Shown piece after piece: positions 1 to 15,389 of a stretch of DNA of 64,000 nt; the first letter of the stretch is position 1; each line of letters starts with the position of its first letter. The notes below the pieces were generated by a model, which searched no databases, was not told the DNA's origin, and worked only from the letters and a program-made list of their open reading frames with translations. The stretch is from the human T2T-CHM13v2.0 reference genome, Homo sapiens, in the NCBI RefSeq assembly GCF_009914755.1, contig NC_060941.1, one strand, 5' to 3'. The position numbers and the translations under genes were made by a program.

Positions 1-430
1 ACCCAAAGCTAGGATACAGTTTCATGGCAGGGCACATGTGTGTGTAATTGCTACCTGAGAGGAAGACCAGGAGAGCCTGCTCGAAATGGGGTGTTAATGA
101 TAAGCACCACAAGATTTGTTACTGTAGTGAAGCCCCATCTGGATGGACTACATTAAGTTGCTTTTTAATGTGGCCCTTTGATGTGGCCCTTCATAGAGTC
201 CCTCCAGTGCTTGTTAGTTAGGGAGCATCCCACGATAGAAAAAAAAGCAAGAACAAAACCATAAACGAGAACAAGAACCACCCCTTTTGCTCAGCTGAAA
301 CACTACAATCATGCTAGTTTACCCACCTGTCAGCTTCTTTCAGACCTGTGACCACATCTAGGGATAGGCTTCCTTAGAGGAAAGGAACTTGAAACTGTGT
401 TTCTGGATGCATTGTTTTAAGCATCAACTA

Positions 431-721
431 TTTTTTTTTTTTTTTTTTGAGATGGAGTCTTGCTCTGTCGCCCAGGCTGTGGCACGATCTCCGCTCACTG
501 CAAGCTCTGCCTCCCAGGTTCACGCCAATCTCCTGCCTCAGCCTCCTGAGTAGCTGGGACTACAGGCGCCCACCACCACACCCAGCTAATTTTTTGTAGT
601 TTTAGTAGAGACGGGGTTTCACCATGTTAGCCAGGATGGTCTCGATCTGCTGAGCTCATGATCCGCCCGCCTCAGCCTCCCAAAGTGCTGGGATTATAGG
701 CCTGAGCCACCAAGCCCGGCC
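431..721 (-). mobile_element. AluY
   Basis: Poly-T then antisense Alu with Y-type GCAAGCTC..TTCACGCC and GTTAGCCAGGATGGTCTCGATC; degenerate TSD TTAA(GC/AT)ATCAACTATT at 416-432 and 722-738; small deletion in right arm. Confidence 0.92.
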
Positions 722-819
722 CTTAAATATCAACTATTGAGCAGTTAATGAGGAATCGGAATATCTAGCATTTAGTCAGAAATGTGAGGTTTGGAAAAGA
801 CTAACTTGAACAAATTTCA

Positions 820-1311
<492 letters not shown>

Positions 1312-1823
1312 TTAGGTCCAACCACCTCATTTTCTGAACCAGAAGACAGAATCGCAAAAAAAACCAGAGCATCCTGCCTGAGGACACAGAATTGCTGAGT
1401 AGTAGGAGGAAGAAGAACCCAGATTTTCCAGCTTTGAGAAGGATGGTGGTTAGTTAGAATTTTGGCTAAAACAGAGCCTTGCTAATTCCTAATCTCTCCT
1501 CTGCAAATGACTTCAGTCTCATTTTCCTAAGCAGCAGAGCCATTTGGCTGGCACAAAGTGTGGCTGTGGCCCTGGCATTCTCCACGGAATGAGAAATTTA
1601 TCCCACTTCTGTTCTCATCCTACGTGCCAAGCAAACAAACCATCTTGTTGACTGCAGACATGGCCTCGGGAATCCTAGCCAGCCAGAAAAACCATTCCGT
1701 CTCTCTTGATGAGGAAACCAGTGCTTGGAATTCAATAGATGTAATTTAAATAGGCTGAATCCAAATAAAATTCTACATTTTCTTAGCTATGACATCTTAC
1801 TTACTTTTTCTTTTATGAAGACA

Positions 1824-2185
1824 TGCTGTAGAGTGAATGTATATGTCCTCCTGAAATTCACATGTTAAACCTTAATGCCCAAGATGATGGTGTTTGGAGG
1901 TGGGACTTTTAGGAGTAAATTAGGTCATGAGGATGGAGCCCCTCATGAAAAAAATTAATGTCCTTGTAGAAGAGGATTGAAGGAGCTCACTCTTCCCTTC
2001 CACCATGTGAAGACAAGCAAGAAGATGGCCATCTATAAGAAGTGGGCAGTCCCCAACCACCAGATCTGTCCATGTCTTGATCTTGGACTTCCCAGCCTCC
2101 AGCACTGTGAGAAATAAATGTTTATCATTTATAAGTTACCCAGTGTATGGTATTTTTGTTACAGCAGCCCAAACAGACTAAGGCA
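1824..2185 (+). mobile_element. MaLR solo LTR, MLT1A/MLT1A0-like
   Basis: TG...CA termini; GATCTTGGACTTCCCAGCCTCCAG..TGTGAGAAATAAATG and ACAGCAGCCCAAACAGACTAAG end motifs. Confidence 0.85.
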
Positions 2186-2845
2186 AAACAGGACAATTAG
2201 CTTGATAAAACAGGGAATAGTTGGAGCCTTCCATTGTGGTTGGGACCTGTTTGAGTGTCTGCGTTCCTGTCAGAGAAATGATAGTTTTAATCGTGTAGTC
2301 CTCCCAAAAAAGTAAAATTGCGGGTCCAACTTTGGAATTTACTTCAGCCAACTGACGTTGCACAAATAAATAAATTTTCTTTCTCTCATTTAAAAGCAAA
2401 AAGAGATTTCTAGAATGTTTGCGGTGTGTGGCAAATGGGAGATGTTAATGTTTTCTAAATGCTCTCAAGAAAGACCCGATGTTCATTGGTGTTCATCTAT
2501 ATTCTGAGAAGGGATTTGGCTGTAGTGCATTGTGGTGAACACAATGGGATATGTTTCATTAAGACTGCACTTTCCTCTTTTAATTAACTTCTTGTTCCTG
2601 TCTTTGGTGAAATATTAATTATTTTTTAATCATCACTGGGATGCACTTTAAGGAGAAGCGCTGGAATCATCCAACCTTAGTTTCATTATATGGATAGGTG
2701 TTATAATAATTAACTTAATTAGCTTGTCACTGCTTGAATAAAATATGACTGTATTTGGAGAACAGATATTGCTTTGCTGATCCAAGGTTAATTAAAAAAT
2801 AGAGTGTGCAAAAGGTCAGGTTAAATGGAGTTGGTGGCACCCTGA

Positions 2846-3460
<615 letters not shown>

Positions 3461-3528
3461 TGAGATCTGGATGTCCCTGAGCGCAAGGTAATAAAACCAG
3501 GAACGAATGTGCTGGGTGGGAAGCTGCT

Positions 3529-4075
<547 letters not shown>

Positions 4076-5399
4076 CCTCAATAATTGCTTTTGCATGGAA
4101 TATTGCTATACTATGCTGCCAAGTCGTAACAGTAATAAGAACAAATAAGATTATTCCTGGGGAAAGGAGACGTAAAATGCAGACTCACACCTCCAGTAGC
4201 AGAATCTCTTGCAATCCAAACACTGATTTTCTGGTGTTCCAGAATGTTTCATCCTAATAAAAAAATGCCGAGGAGCTGGCCTGGGTCTGGAAGAGTAATT
4301 TTGCTCACTCCTCGTCAATAGATGGGTGTGTTTGATGTTTATAACTGTTTTTGTTTTGTTTTGTAATTACATAGCAGTTCATTAAAGGTTGATTTGGTTC
4401 CCCTATCAGTCAAGCCTTCTAACAACTCATTTGGAAGAGTAAATATCCTGCACAGAGAAATTCACAGCTTTGGTCATGATGAGATAAGAGCTTGCTGCAG
4501 CCCTTGAATATGGCTCGTCTAATAAGGGTTGGGCCGTCTGGAAAATAATGGAAATCTCAAACAGAGGTTGTTACAAAATAGTGCAAGATGTTGTTGGCAT
4601 CAGCCGTGAAAGGTTAACTGTGCTCTTTGGTGACTGGAAGGAAATTTCATATTCAACAGATGCTACCTGCATTATAGACTGAGATGGATGATGATTGACC
4701 TGGAAGGCTTGTCTGCGTTTCTGAGAAAATGATCTCAAAATCGTTTGCTCTGATTCCTCATGGACTCCTGGGTTTGATTTCACATGATGGTTTACTGACT
4801 CTCTCAATTGGAATGACCGAAATTTATTTTAAACTTAACTATTTGCTCAACGCTGCTATTATTTTACTTTAGGCTGTTATTAATTTGCCCTGGTGTGGTG
4901 TGTGGTTTGGATTCCACCGTGCTGATGTGGTTTGTCATGTATGATGCTGAACATAGGACAGAAGCTTGGAAAGGAGGAAAATGAAAATGGTACCCCAAAA
5001 AGTCAGTTCATATTACTGTGACTGTGGATAAGCTGTCATATGCTGCTACTATTCGGATCAATATTGTCCTTTTTTAGATCTTTATGTGATCCAAAAGGTG
5101 CAGAGTAATTTAGTAATAGGGGAAGCATTATGGGATTTACATACCCAGGAAGAAAAATAAAATCCAGAAGAAAAAAGGATAAATTGCTATTGCATATACA
5201 GAATATTATCTCTCACTGTGGAAACAGTGATGCCTTCAATGAGATGCACACTCTAGGGTTAGAGGGAGCTTGGCCCTGAGAATCGGACACCATTAGGTTT
5301 CTTGCTTTAGTTCTCCCCTTCCTTGAGCTGATGAGGGAGGGGAGATGGCAGAAAACATTATCACCCAGGCAGCCACGGTAACCTGGAGAGATGTTCTTG

Positions 5400-6120
5400 T
5401 GAAGTGAGTAGATTAACAAAGTATGGTGTGTCCATATAACAGAATACTACTCACCAATAGAAAGGAATAAATTGGCCAGGAATGGTGGCTCACGCTTGTA
5501 ATCCCAGCACTTTGGGAGGCTGAGGAGGGCAGATCACCTGAGGTCAGGAGTTCAAGACCAGCCTGGCCAACATGGTGAAACCGCATCTGTACTAAAAATA
5601 CAAAAATTAGCCGGGCGTGGTGGCGGGAACCTGTAGTCTCAGCTAGTTGGGAGGCTGAGGCAAGAGAATTGCTTGAACCCAGGAGGCGGAGGTCTCAGTG
5701 AGCCGAGATCACGCCACTACACTCCAGCCTGGGTGACAGAACGAGACTCCATCTCAAAAAAAAAAAAAAAAAAAAAAAAGGAACAAATTGTTGACACACA
5801 AAACAACATGGATAGGTTTAAAAGGCCTTACACCGAGTACAAGAAGCCAGACTCAAAAGTAACATATTACAGAATTGCATTTATATGACATTAAAAAAAA
5901 GACACAACTTTTGGGACAATAAATGGATCAGTGGTGGCCAACGTGACGTGACGGGATACCTGACTATAGATGGATGGCAGGAGGCAGTTTTTAAGGTGAT
6001 TTAATTATTCTTTATTACTATTATAGCATTATTCACACAAATCTTTACACATGCTGAAACTCATAGAAGTGTACATATACCAAGAAAGTTACAATTACTG
6101 CCTGGTCATTTGAAAAATAA
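5400..6120 (+). mobile_element. Old L1M 3' end (L1MC/MD/ME-type), split by Alu
   Basis: GAATACTACTCA..AAAGGAA, AACATGGAT, AAGAAGCCAGACTCAAAA, GATCAGTGGT motifs typical of L1M 3' ends. Confidence 0.7.
5474..5779 (+). mobile_element. AluS (Sx/Sz-like)
   Basis: Full Alu, A24 tail, TSD AAAGGAA(T/C)AAATT. Confidence 0.93.
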
Positions 6121-6392
6121 GTATTGAGATGTTTTGTTGTTATTTTAATTAAATCACTTCCATATTTTATTCTAACATTGGCTTAAAACCATGTCCCAAA
6201 GATCTACCACGTTTCTGTCATGTTAAATTGCCGCCCTGTTTTCTCGTATCTGAGAATTGTCGGGGTTTTCCATGAAGAATCAAGGAGTTTGGAAGTGTTA
6301 GTGGGTTGGTTGATCCTTTGGGGGACCTCTACCAATGGAGCCTAGGAGAGGCGCAAGGACAGGTGTCGAGATGCTTTCTTATCCAAATCAGC

Positions 6393-6694
<302 letters not shown>

Positions 6695-6888
6695 TAAAGC
6701 CAGCCCTTTTCAACCATGCTTCCATTCTAGGAACAAGAACCATGCAAAGGAATGGTTGGGCATGTGTTTGTTTTATGAGAACTTCAGTTACCTCAAGTAA
6801 TGGGGGCTTATTGAAAATGTACACTAGCATAGAACCCAGGAAAAGCCAGACACGGAGGCCTCAAGAAGAGTAGGAAGCTGCAGATGGG

Positions 6889-7568
6889 TGTCTTCATCCG
6901 TTCTTGCACTGCTATTAAGAAATAACTGACACTGGGTAATTTATAAAGGAAACAAGCTTAATTGGCTCACAGTTCTGCAGGCTGTACAGAAAGCATAGCA
7001 GCTTCTGCTTCTGGGGAGGCCTCAGGAAGCTTCCAATCAAAGGGGAAGCCAGGCATCTCACATAGGTAGGAGCAGGAGGAAGACTCGGGGGAGGTGCCAC
7101 ACAAATTTTGTTTGTTTGTTTGTTTTTCAGACAGAGTTTTGCTCTTGTTGCCCAAGCTGGAGTGCAATGGCACGATCTCGGCTCACTGCAATCTCCGCCT
7201 TCTGTATTAAAGTGATTCTCCTGCCTCAGCCTCCTGAGTAGCTGGGATTACAGGCACCTGCCACCACGCCCAGCTAATTTTTTGTATTTGTAGTAGAAAC
7301 GGCGTTTCACCACGTTAGCCAGGCTGGTCTCAAACTCCTGACCTCAGGTGATCTGCCCGCCTTGGCCTCCCAAAATACTGGGATTACAAATCTCATGAGA
7401 ACTCACTCACTAATCATGAGAATGGCGTCAAGGGGGATGGTACTAAACCATTGATGAGAAGCCACCTCCACGATCCAATCACCTCCCACCAGGCCCCACC
7501 TCCAACATTGGGGATTACAATTCCACATGAGATTTGGTTGGGCGGGGACGGAGATCCAAACCATGTCA
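6889..7568 (-). mobile_element. MSTA-like MaLR solo LTR, split by Alu
   Basis: GGCTCACAGTTCTGCAGGCTGTACAG..CAATCACCTCCCACCAGGCCCCACCTCCAACA..AAACCATGTCA; 5-bp TSD ATGGG/GTGGG. Confidence 0.9.
7107..7389 (-). mobile_element. AluSp/Sq-like, 5' end deleted
   Basis: GCTCTTGTTGCCC and GCAATGG diagnostics; stops at GGGATTACA, lacking the terminal ~23 nt. Confidence 0.9.
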
Positions 7569-8088
7569 GTGGGATGAATCCAAGATGGCTCAGTGGACTT
7601 CCACAGCTGGAGCTGGTGAATCTTTGCTCTGGGTTCCACCATTCATCATGATTAAGCTGATCTTCTCCTGTCTGCTTCTTCCTGTCTCACTACTAAATGG
7701 TTTATTCTTTACCTTAATTCTTCATATCCTTTCTCTATCTCATAGCTTTTCTTCACTAAATTCAGCTAATGGCTACAGCTGTACCTCAGTTCAGCTCTCA
7801 CTGCTAACTGTGTGTTTCTTGCTGCATAGGAACTGGTCCATTTATGGTTTTGTGCCAGTCCACATCTCAGGTTGCTGGCCAGCTTACAAATGGGGTCCTA
7901 TTACTAGGTGTGGGAAAAGCCACCTGGCTTTTCGGGCTGCATCTTCATGGGACAGTCTTATCTGGAAGAGGCTGTGGGCTTGGAGGCACCATGGTAACCC
8001 CGTGGAGGATAATATTCCACAATTAGCAAACCATATAAAATAGGACATAACAAAATGGCACGTTTTGTTTAAGAAACAGTAAGAGTCA

Positions 8089-8422
<334 letters not shown>

Positions 8423-9129
8423 TCATTTATTTCTTGCTGGTCTTGGGGTGGAGCACAGACAAATGAGGACATAAGCAGTATGATGCGATGGGCCTTAGGT
8501 GCCCCTAGATGTGGGCATCTGGGACAACTTCTCTCATGGCGATTCCTGCAGTACCAGAGGATTTCTTAAGTACCTTGAGCTACCCATGGTGGAAGGATTA
8601 GTTCTCCCACTGCACTAGCAGCTTGGATAATTTTTCATCCACAAGGTGTGCCGATGCCTGGCTCCTGGGATAGAGAACTAGGCTTGGAGCCATAATGGGA
8701 AGCAAATCTCTCCGGATTGGGGCACATGAAGTGATGAAAAGCTTTGACGGTGGGTGAGAAGGAGTGCTGATCCCACAACCGGCGGCATGGCCTCTATTAA
8801 AACCAGGCCTCCTGCCCCATCAGACACACAAGTTTCTCTTAACTCTGCCCATCAGGTATGAAAACTTTTAGGAAAATAACATTGACCAAAGCCCAGGGCT
8901 GCGACTGGGGAAGTGATCCTTGGTGTGCCGAGACATGAGTCCGTGACATCTGGAATGATCCTTTGGGGACATTTGGGGCTCCAATTAAATATGATTCAGC
9001 CTGGGTGGTCAGGCAAACCCTCAGGGACCCATGTGACCGGCCCGAAGTTTTCACCACTCTCCACACAGAACAGTGTTTTCAAAGCAGTTTGAAGCACATT
9101 GTACTCCCATTTAAAAAATAACCCCTTGC

Positions 9130-9442
<313 letters not shown>

Positions 9443-9586
9443 CCCTTCCATATTTAAACACATTTAAAACTGAAACAACCATAGCCCCACTCCCGAGGGA
9501 TGACCATTGTTTACATTCTGCTGTATGTCTTTCCAATATTATTATTGTACATATATTTGGAGGTAAAATAGTCTCATACCATCAGT

Positions 9587-9784
9587 CTGCACAGTTCAAT
9601 ATGGTAGCCACTAGCCACATATAGCTCTTCAAATTAGAATAGAAAAAAAACTAAAATCAAAATTAAAATTCAGTCTCTCATTTGTAGTAGCCACACTTCA
9701 GGTGCTCAGAAGTTGTACATGGCTTTTGGGAAATACAGATAAAGAACATTTTCATTAACACAGAAAGTTCTGCTGGACAGCATT
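9587..9784 (-). mobile_element. MER3 (hAT-Charlie DNA transposon relic)
   Basis: CAATATGGTAGCCACTAGCCACAT...AGAAAGTTCTGCTGGACAGC matches MER3. Confidence 0.85.
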
Positions 9785-9879
9785 ACCGTAGCTATAGTCC
9801 TAATAATCTTTACTCACTGTGACCATCTTTTCGTGTTATAAAATATGACTGTGTAGTATCATTTTTAATGACTGCATAA

Positions 9880-10209
<330 letters not shown>

Positions 10210-10298
10210 TGTAATCACTTTCTAAAAACCATTTCTCTAAAGTTGGAAATTCAAGTTATTTGTAGTTTGTCACTATTATAACAATGACTCCATAAACC

Positions 10299-10408
10299 TT
10301 TTTTTTGAGAGGGAGTTTTACTCTTGTTTTCCAGGCTGGAGTGCAATGGCTTGATCTCGGCTCACAGCAACCTCTGCCTCCTGGGTTCAAGCGATTCTCC
10401 TGACTCAA
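10299..10408 (-). mobile_element. Truncated Alu right-arm fragment (Sp/Sq-like)
   Basis: Tail plus ~100 nt ending at ATTCTCCTGACTCA. Confidence 0.85.
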
Positions 10409-10734
10409 TGTTTATTTGCATGTGTGATTACTTCTTTACTATTACTACTGGAGCAGATTGCGGTTTTTACACATTTTTCATTCCTAGTACAAAATTGCTT
10501 TCCAGAAAGACTGCTTAGATTGACACTTCTCAAAAGTAGGGTATGGAAGTGCTTCTTATCCTAAACTAGACAACAATTGAGAAATTTGTTGTCATTTTGA
10601 CACTTGAAGCAGCGTTATCCCAAAGATGTTTTGCTTTGCAACTCTTGGATTTCTAGTAGGATTTATAACCACTTGTATTTTTTTTGTGACTTGCTTTTGC
10701 CGAGTTTTTAACCAAAATGTATATCCTTTTCTAA

Positions 10735-11044
<310 letters not shown>

Positions 11045-11435
11045 TCGATTCATACAAGATCTTTATATATGGAGGGGTCAAGTCTTTACCACATAACATA
11101 CAAAAGCTTTTTGTGTTTATCATTTGCTTTTCATTTTTAAACTTACGAATATTATAAAATCATATTTAGTTGAATTTCACAGTGTTTTCCTTTTAGATTT
11201 CTGCTTTTGATAAGATACTTTAGCTCTATCCTGCTAAAAATTACACATAAATATTTACTGTTTTATGGTTTACTTTTTTAACACCTAAAACATTTAATAC
11301 ATCTGGAATTTATTTAGGGTGTGGTATGAGTTCGGTGGTTATTTACATTTACCTTCTAAATGGTTAGCCAGTTTTTCCCAATTTGTTGAATGATTTATTC
11401 TATTTCTACTGATTTTAAATTTCACCCTTATAGAA

Positions 11436-11438
<3 letters not shown>

Positions 11439-11476
<38 letters not shown>
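11439..11476. repeat. (TA)19 microsatellite
   Basis: Perfect TA run. Confidence 0.95.
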
Positions 11477-11483
<7 letters not shown>

Positions 11484-11924
11484 CTATTCTAGTTCATTAC
11501 TGTCTTTCTAATTTGGCACAAGTAACATATTGCTTTAATTATTTGTACTATGTGTCACATATTAATATTGGTGTGGCAAGTCCTTTTTGTAACTCTTCTT
11601 TTCCAAAATAGTTTTGGCTTTTATAGCATGCATCTCCTTCCGTATGAATGTTAAAATTATTTGGTTAAAATTTTAGAAAATGGCCCTGTCAAAGTTTCCA
11701 CTGACATTGTTAAATGTAAAACTAAATTTGTGAAAAATTGGTTTCTATCAATATTAAATTTCCCCTTCAGAAATATGGTATACTTTTTTGCTTATTTTCA
11801 TTTTTTATATCTCTCAGTAAATTTTTTTTAGTTTTTTTCCATCATCTAGGCCCTGAATATTACTTATGAATTTCACTCCCACTTTGCCAAAAACTTGGAT
11901 AAATTTTCTTCAGTACATACTTGG

Positions 11925-12206
11925 TACTGGGCTCGGTGGCTCAGCCTGTAATCTCAGCACTTTGGGAGGCTGAGGCAGGTGGATTGCCTGAGCCCAGGAT
12001 TCAAGGCTAGCCTGGAAAATACAGCGAAACTCCAGCTCTACAAAAAAAAAAAAATCAAAAATTAGCTGGGCATGGTGGTGCACACCTGTGATCTCAGCTA
12101 CTCGGGAGGCGGAGATGGGAGGGAGAATCACTTGAGTCCAGGAGGTGGAAGCTGCAGTGAACTGTGATTGTTCTTCTGCCTGGGTGACAGAGCAAGACGT
12201 TACCTG

Positions 12207-12236
<30 letters not shown>
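11925..12236 (+). mobile_element. AluJ
   Basis: J-type diagnostics, A30 tail, TSD AC(A/G)TACTTGG. Confidence 0.9.
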
Positions 12237-12238
<2 letters not shown>

Positions 12239-12379
12239 CGTACTTGGCCCTGGCTTCTGGGGAGTAATGGGGAATTAGGCTGGGAGCCATAATAGGAAAT
12301 CCCCTGGATGGAGGCACATGATATGATATTAAACATTTTTAAATTGCTTTTATAAGTGAGATTTTAAAATGTCATTATA

Positions 12380-12670
12380 TTTCTTTGTTTTTTTTTTGAG
12401 ATAGGATCTTGCTCTGTTGCCCTGGGATGGAGTACATTGGTACAATGACAGCTCACTGCAACCTTGACCTCCCAGGCTCAAGCAGTCCTCCCACCTCAGC
12501 CCCCCAAGTAGCTGGAACTACAGGAACCACCACACCCAGCTAATTTTTGGATTTTTTGTAGAGACAGACCATGTTGCCTAGGCTAGTCTCAAAGTCCTGG
12601 GCTCAAAAGATCCCCCTGCCTCAGTCTCCCAAAGTGTTAAGATTACAGGCATAAGCCACTATGCCCAGCC
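12380..12670 (-). mobile_element. AluJ
   Basis: GGCTCAAGCAGTCCTCCCACC J-type; TSD CATT(A/G)TATTTCT. Confidence 0.9.
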
Positions 12671-12884
12671 CTCCATTGTATTTCTGAACATATTATTAAG
12701 AATATATAGGCAAGGTATAAATGTTAGGTATTTATTTTATAATTAACTTTAATAGCTTTGTATATTTATATTAGCTATAATCATTTTTAAGTTGGATATC
12801 TTGGGCTTTGCAAAGAGATAATCATATTATTTGCAAGAAATGTTTGTCAATATTTAGAATTTTTACTTCTTTTTCTTATAGACC

Positions 12885-13115
12885 AATATAGTATAGTGCT
12901 AAAAAAAAATAGGTGTTTGAGACAGACAGACCTGGGCTAAATTTCAGCTGCACCACCTATTAACTTGAACCTTCTGCAATTTATCCAATCTCTGAGGGTC
13001 AGTTTCCTCAAAGAGGAATAATAATACCTACTTTATGGAGATCTTAGGAGGATTAAATGAAATATTGTCTATAAAGCACATAACCAATTAGCTGGCATAT
13101 ACAGCTGCTATTATT
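12885..13115 (+). mobile_element. MIR
   Basis: AGACCTGGG..TCAGTTTCCTC..GAGGATTAAATGA. Confidence 0.75.
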
Positions 13116-13349
13116 GCTTGTCTGATTGCATTGGCTGGAACTCCCAGAACGTTAAATAATAATGGTAATTGTGGACATCTAGACTTTAATGGTAATAGAG
13201 TCATTTCTAAATGAAAATACCAGGCACTGTTGATGATGATGATGACTAACATATATTAAGCATTTGTGCCCCATTCAGCATATATATCATAGAGACTATT
13301 GCAGAAAATTACCCCAGCATCTTGCATACTTGCTCTTGATAACACTGCT

Positions 13350-14060
13350 TTTATTCACTCATTCCCTCATTCAATTAATTCATTCAACAGACATTTGTTG
13401 AGCATGCCTAGAGGCTCTTATTTAATATGCCTCAATTCTAACTATCTTCATTTTGGATATGATGTTACTTATGTGTTGAAGGAGGGAGAAACAGATACAG
13501 AAACAGGCAGTGGAAGATAACTGCATTGAGGCTTCATGTATAAACCACTCATAGAGCTACCTATGTGCATAGATTATGGCGCTGTCCTTTTATTATGTCC
13601 ATTATGCCTGGGCTGTCTGGCCTCATTGAAAGCAAAGAATGAGGTTTAGAGTTTGTAATGAGATGAAGAATGGGGCTGAGCTTTTTCTGACGGAAGCTCT
13701 CCATTCATTCAACCATCACTGGCTGGTGCTAGTGAAAATAAGATGGGTAAAATGTGGATTTTGCCTTTGAGTCTTCATAACTGAGAAAACCAGGAGTGTG
13801 AGGAATATTATTCCAGAACATACAAAGTTGACGAAAACATAGAGAGAGAAGTGCTGGTGCAGGAAGGCAGGGGGCTTGAGGGCTTGTTTAAGGGTGGGGA
13901 CATGGGGCTATAGAGATGGTGGAGTTAGGACTGGCCTCCCAGAGTTCTGAAGTCATGAGAGATTGGCAAGAATTTTCTGGGTGGGCAGGAGAGGGCATAC
14001 TAGCGATGGGAACCATTATGCAAAGACGCAGAGACTTGTGGGAGTGGGTTGCTTAGTCTG
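13350..14060 (-). mobile_element. L2 fragments
   Basis: CATTCAACAGACATTTGTTGAGCA tail and purine-rich L2 body (GGGAACCATTATGCAAAGAC). Confidence 0.55.
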
Positions 14061-15389
14061 CCAATAAACAGCCCATTCTTCTACAGTGAAGTTGTATGGA
14101 AAATAAGTGGATTTTGTGACTGAATTTGATTTGATGTAGCCCACCTACAAACTAGAGCTTATCTTGGATGGTTTAATGAGGTCAGCAGAGTAGAGAAGGG
14201 AAACAACTATGCCTTGTTAATATTCATAGTCATGATATTTACTGGGACAAAACAAAAATAAAGCCCCAAAATTTAACCTTTGCTGGAAAAAAGATTGGGG
14301 ACCAAATGAGAAACTGAAAGAATTTACTGCCTTTTGTAAATGCAAAAGAATGAATTAACTTCTTTCAAATTTGCTCAGTCTTTCTATTTCTCTTCCCATT
14401 TTTCTCCTCCTAGACCCTCACTGAGCAGCTAGTTTCTTACAAAATGGATGATAAATATTAGCTGGGAGCATAGAAGAAGATTATTTAACTCTCTCCCTAA
14501 AAGCATATACAAATGGTGTACACAGGAATGAATTCAGAATTTGGGGATTAATTCATTTTTCCTCCAGAGTCAGCTTCTCCTTCTTTCTCTCTGTACCCTG
14601 CTTCCTTTCAGGTATTTGGGTTTGGCAGGCTATTAATGGGTGGAACCCACAGACACAAGGAAGTGATTTTATAGGCTTTCTTCTGGGCTTATGTACAATT
14701 TTTAAAAATTCCTTTTGATCCTCAAAGATCCCAGCAGCCAACTCTGGTTAACATCACCAAGAAGCCAGCCGCACCCAGAGCTGTCCTAGGAGCTAGACTT
14801 CTCATATGCCAAACTGCTGGCAATTCTGTCTCCTTGCCTGAGACAGGAGGCATCTTGAGAAGATTCAAATGAAGGGAAATAGAGAGTTGGATAATTAACA
14901 TATGAATTTGATTAATGTTTACATCTGTGAAAAGCATTTTGTACCAAGTAAATATCAGATAAATTTCTTAAAACTTCCATCGCCGTCTTTCCCTCTCTGG
15001 GGGAAAAGAGTTGGCTAGTTTTAATCCTTGTTTTCTACACAAAAATTCCTGAGTGTGGGTCCAGTAAGAGCTTAAGATTGATCCTGTCCTGGTCATCTGA
15101 AACTTCTTCCTGTTTTTCTAAAATTCCTAGAGGTGTTTGTAATGGAACGACTACTAGGGCACATTGAGGGGTTGTGGGAAATGCAGGGAAAGTGGAAGAC
15201 TGGAGAGGAGCAAGTGAACAGATTTTCAAAAGGGGATACCTCAAAAAGTAACCATCCCTGTGAGCTAGAGAGCAATTATTGTCTAATGAGGCTGGACCAG
15301 TCCTTTAGCCTGAGACCTTTGGCCTTTGATGAGGTCTGCTGAGCAGGGCATTTGATGGCTTTTTGAGCACTTACAAATAAAAATGGCCA

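Larger units (their letters stand above)
6770..8000 (-). mobile_element. Possible very old MLT1-type LTR hosting the MSTA insertion
   Basis: Degenerate MLT1-like composition on both sides of the MSTA; weak match only. Confidence 0.3.

Noticed and set aside
7534-8043. 169-aa hydrophobic ORF
   Set aside because: Starts at TTG inside MSTA and runs through pyrimidine-rich repeat-like DNA; hydrophobicity is compositional
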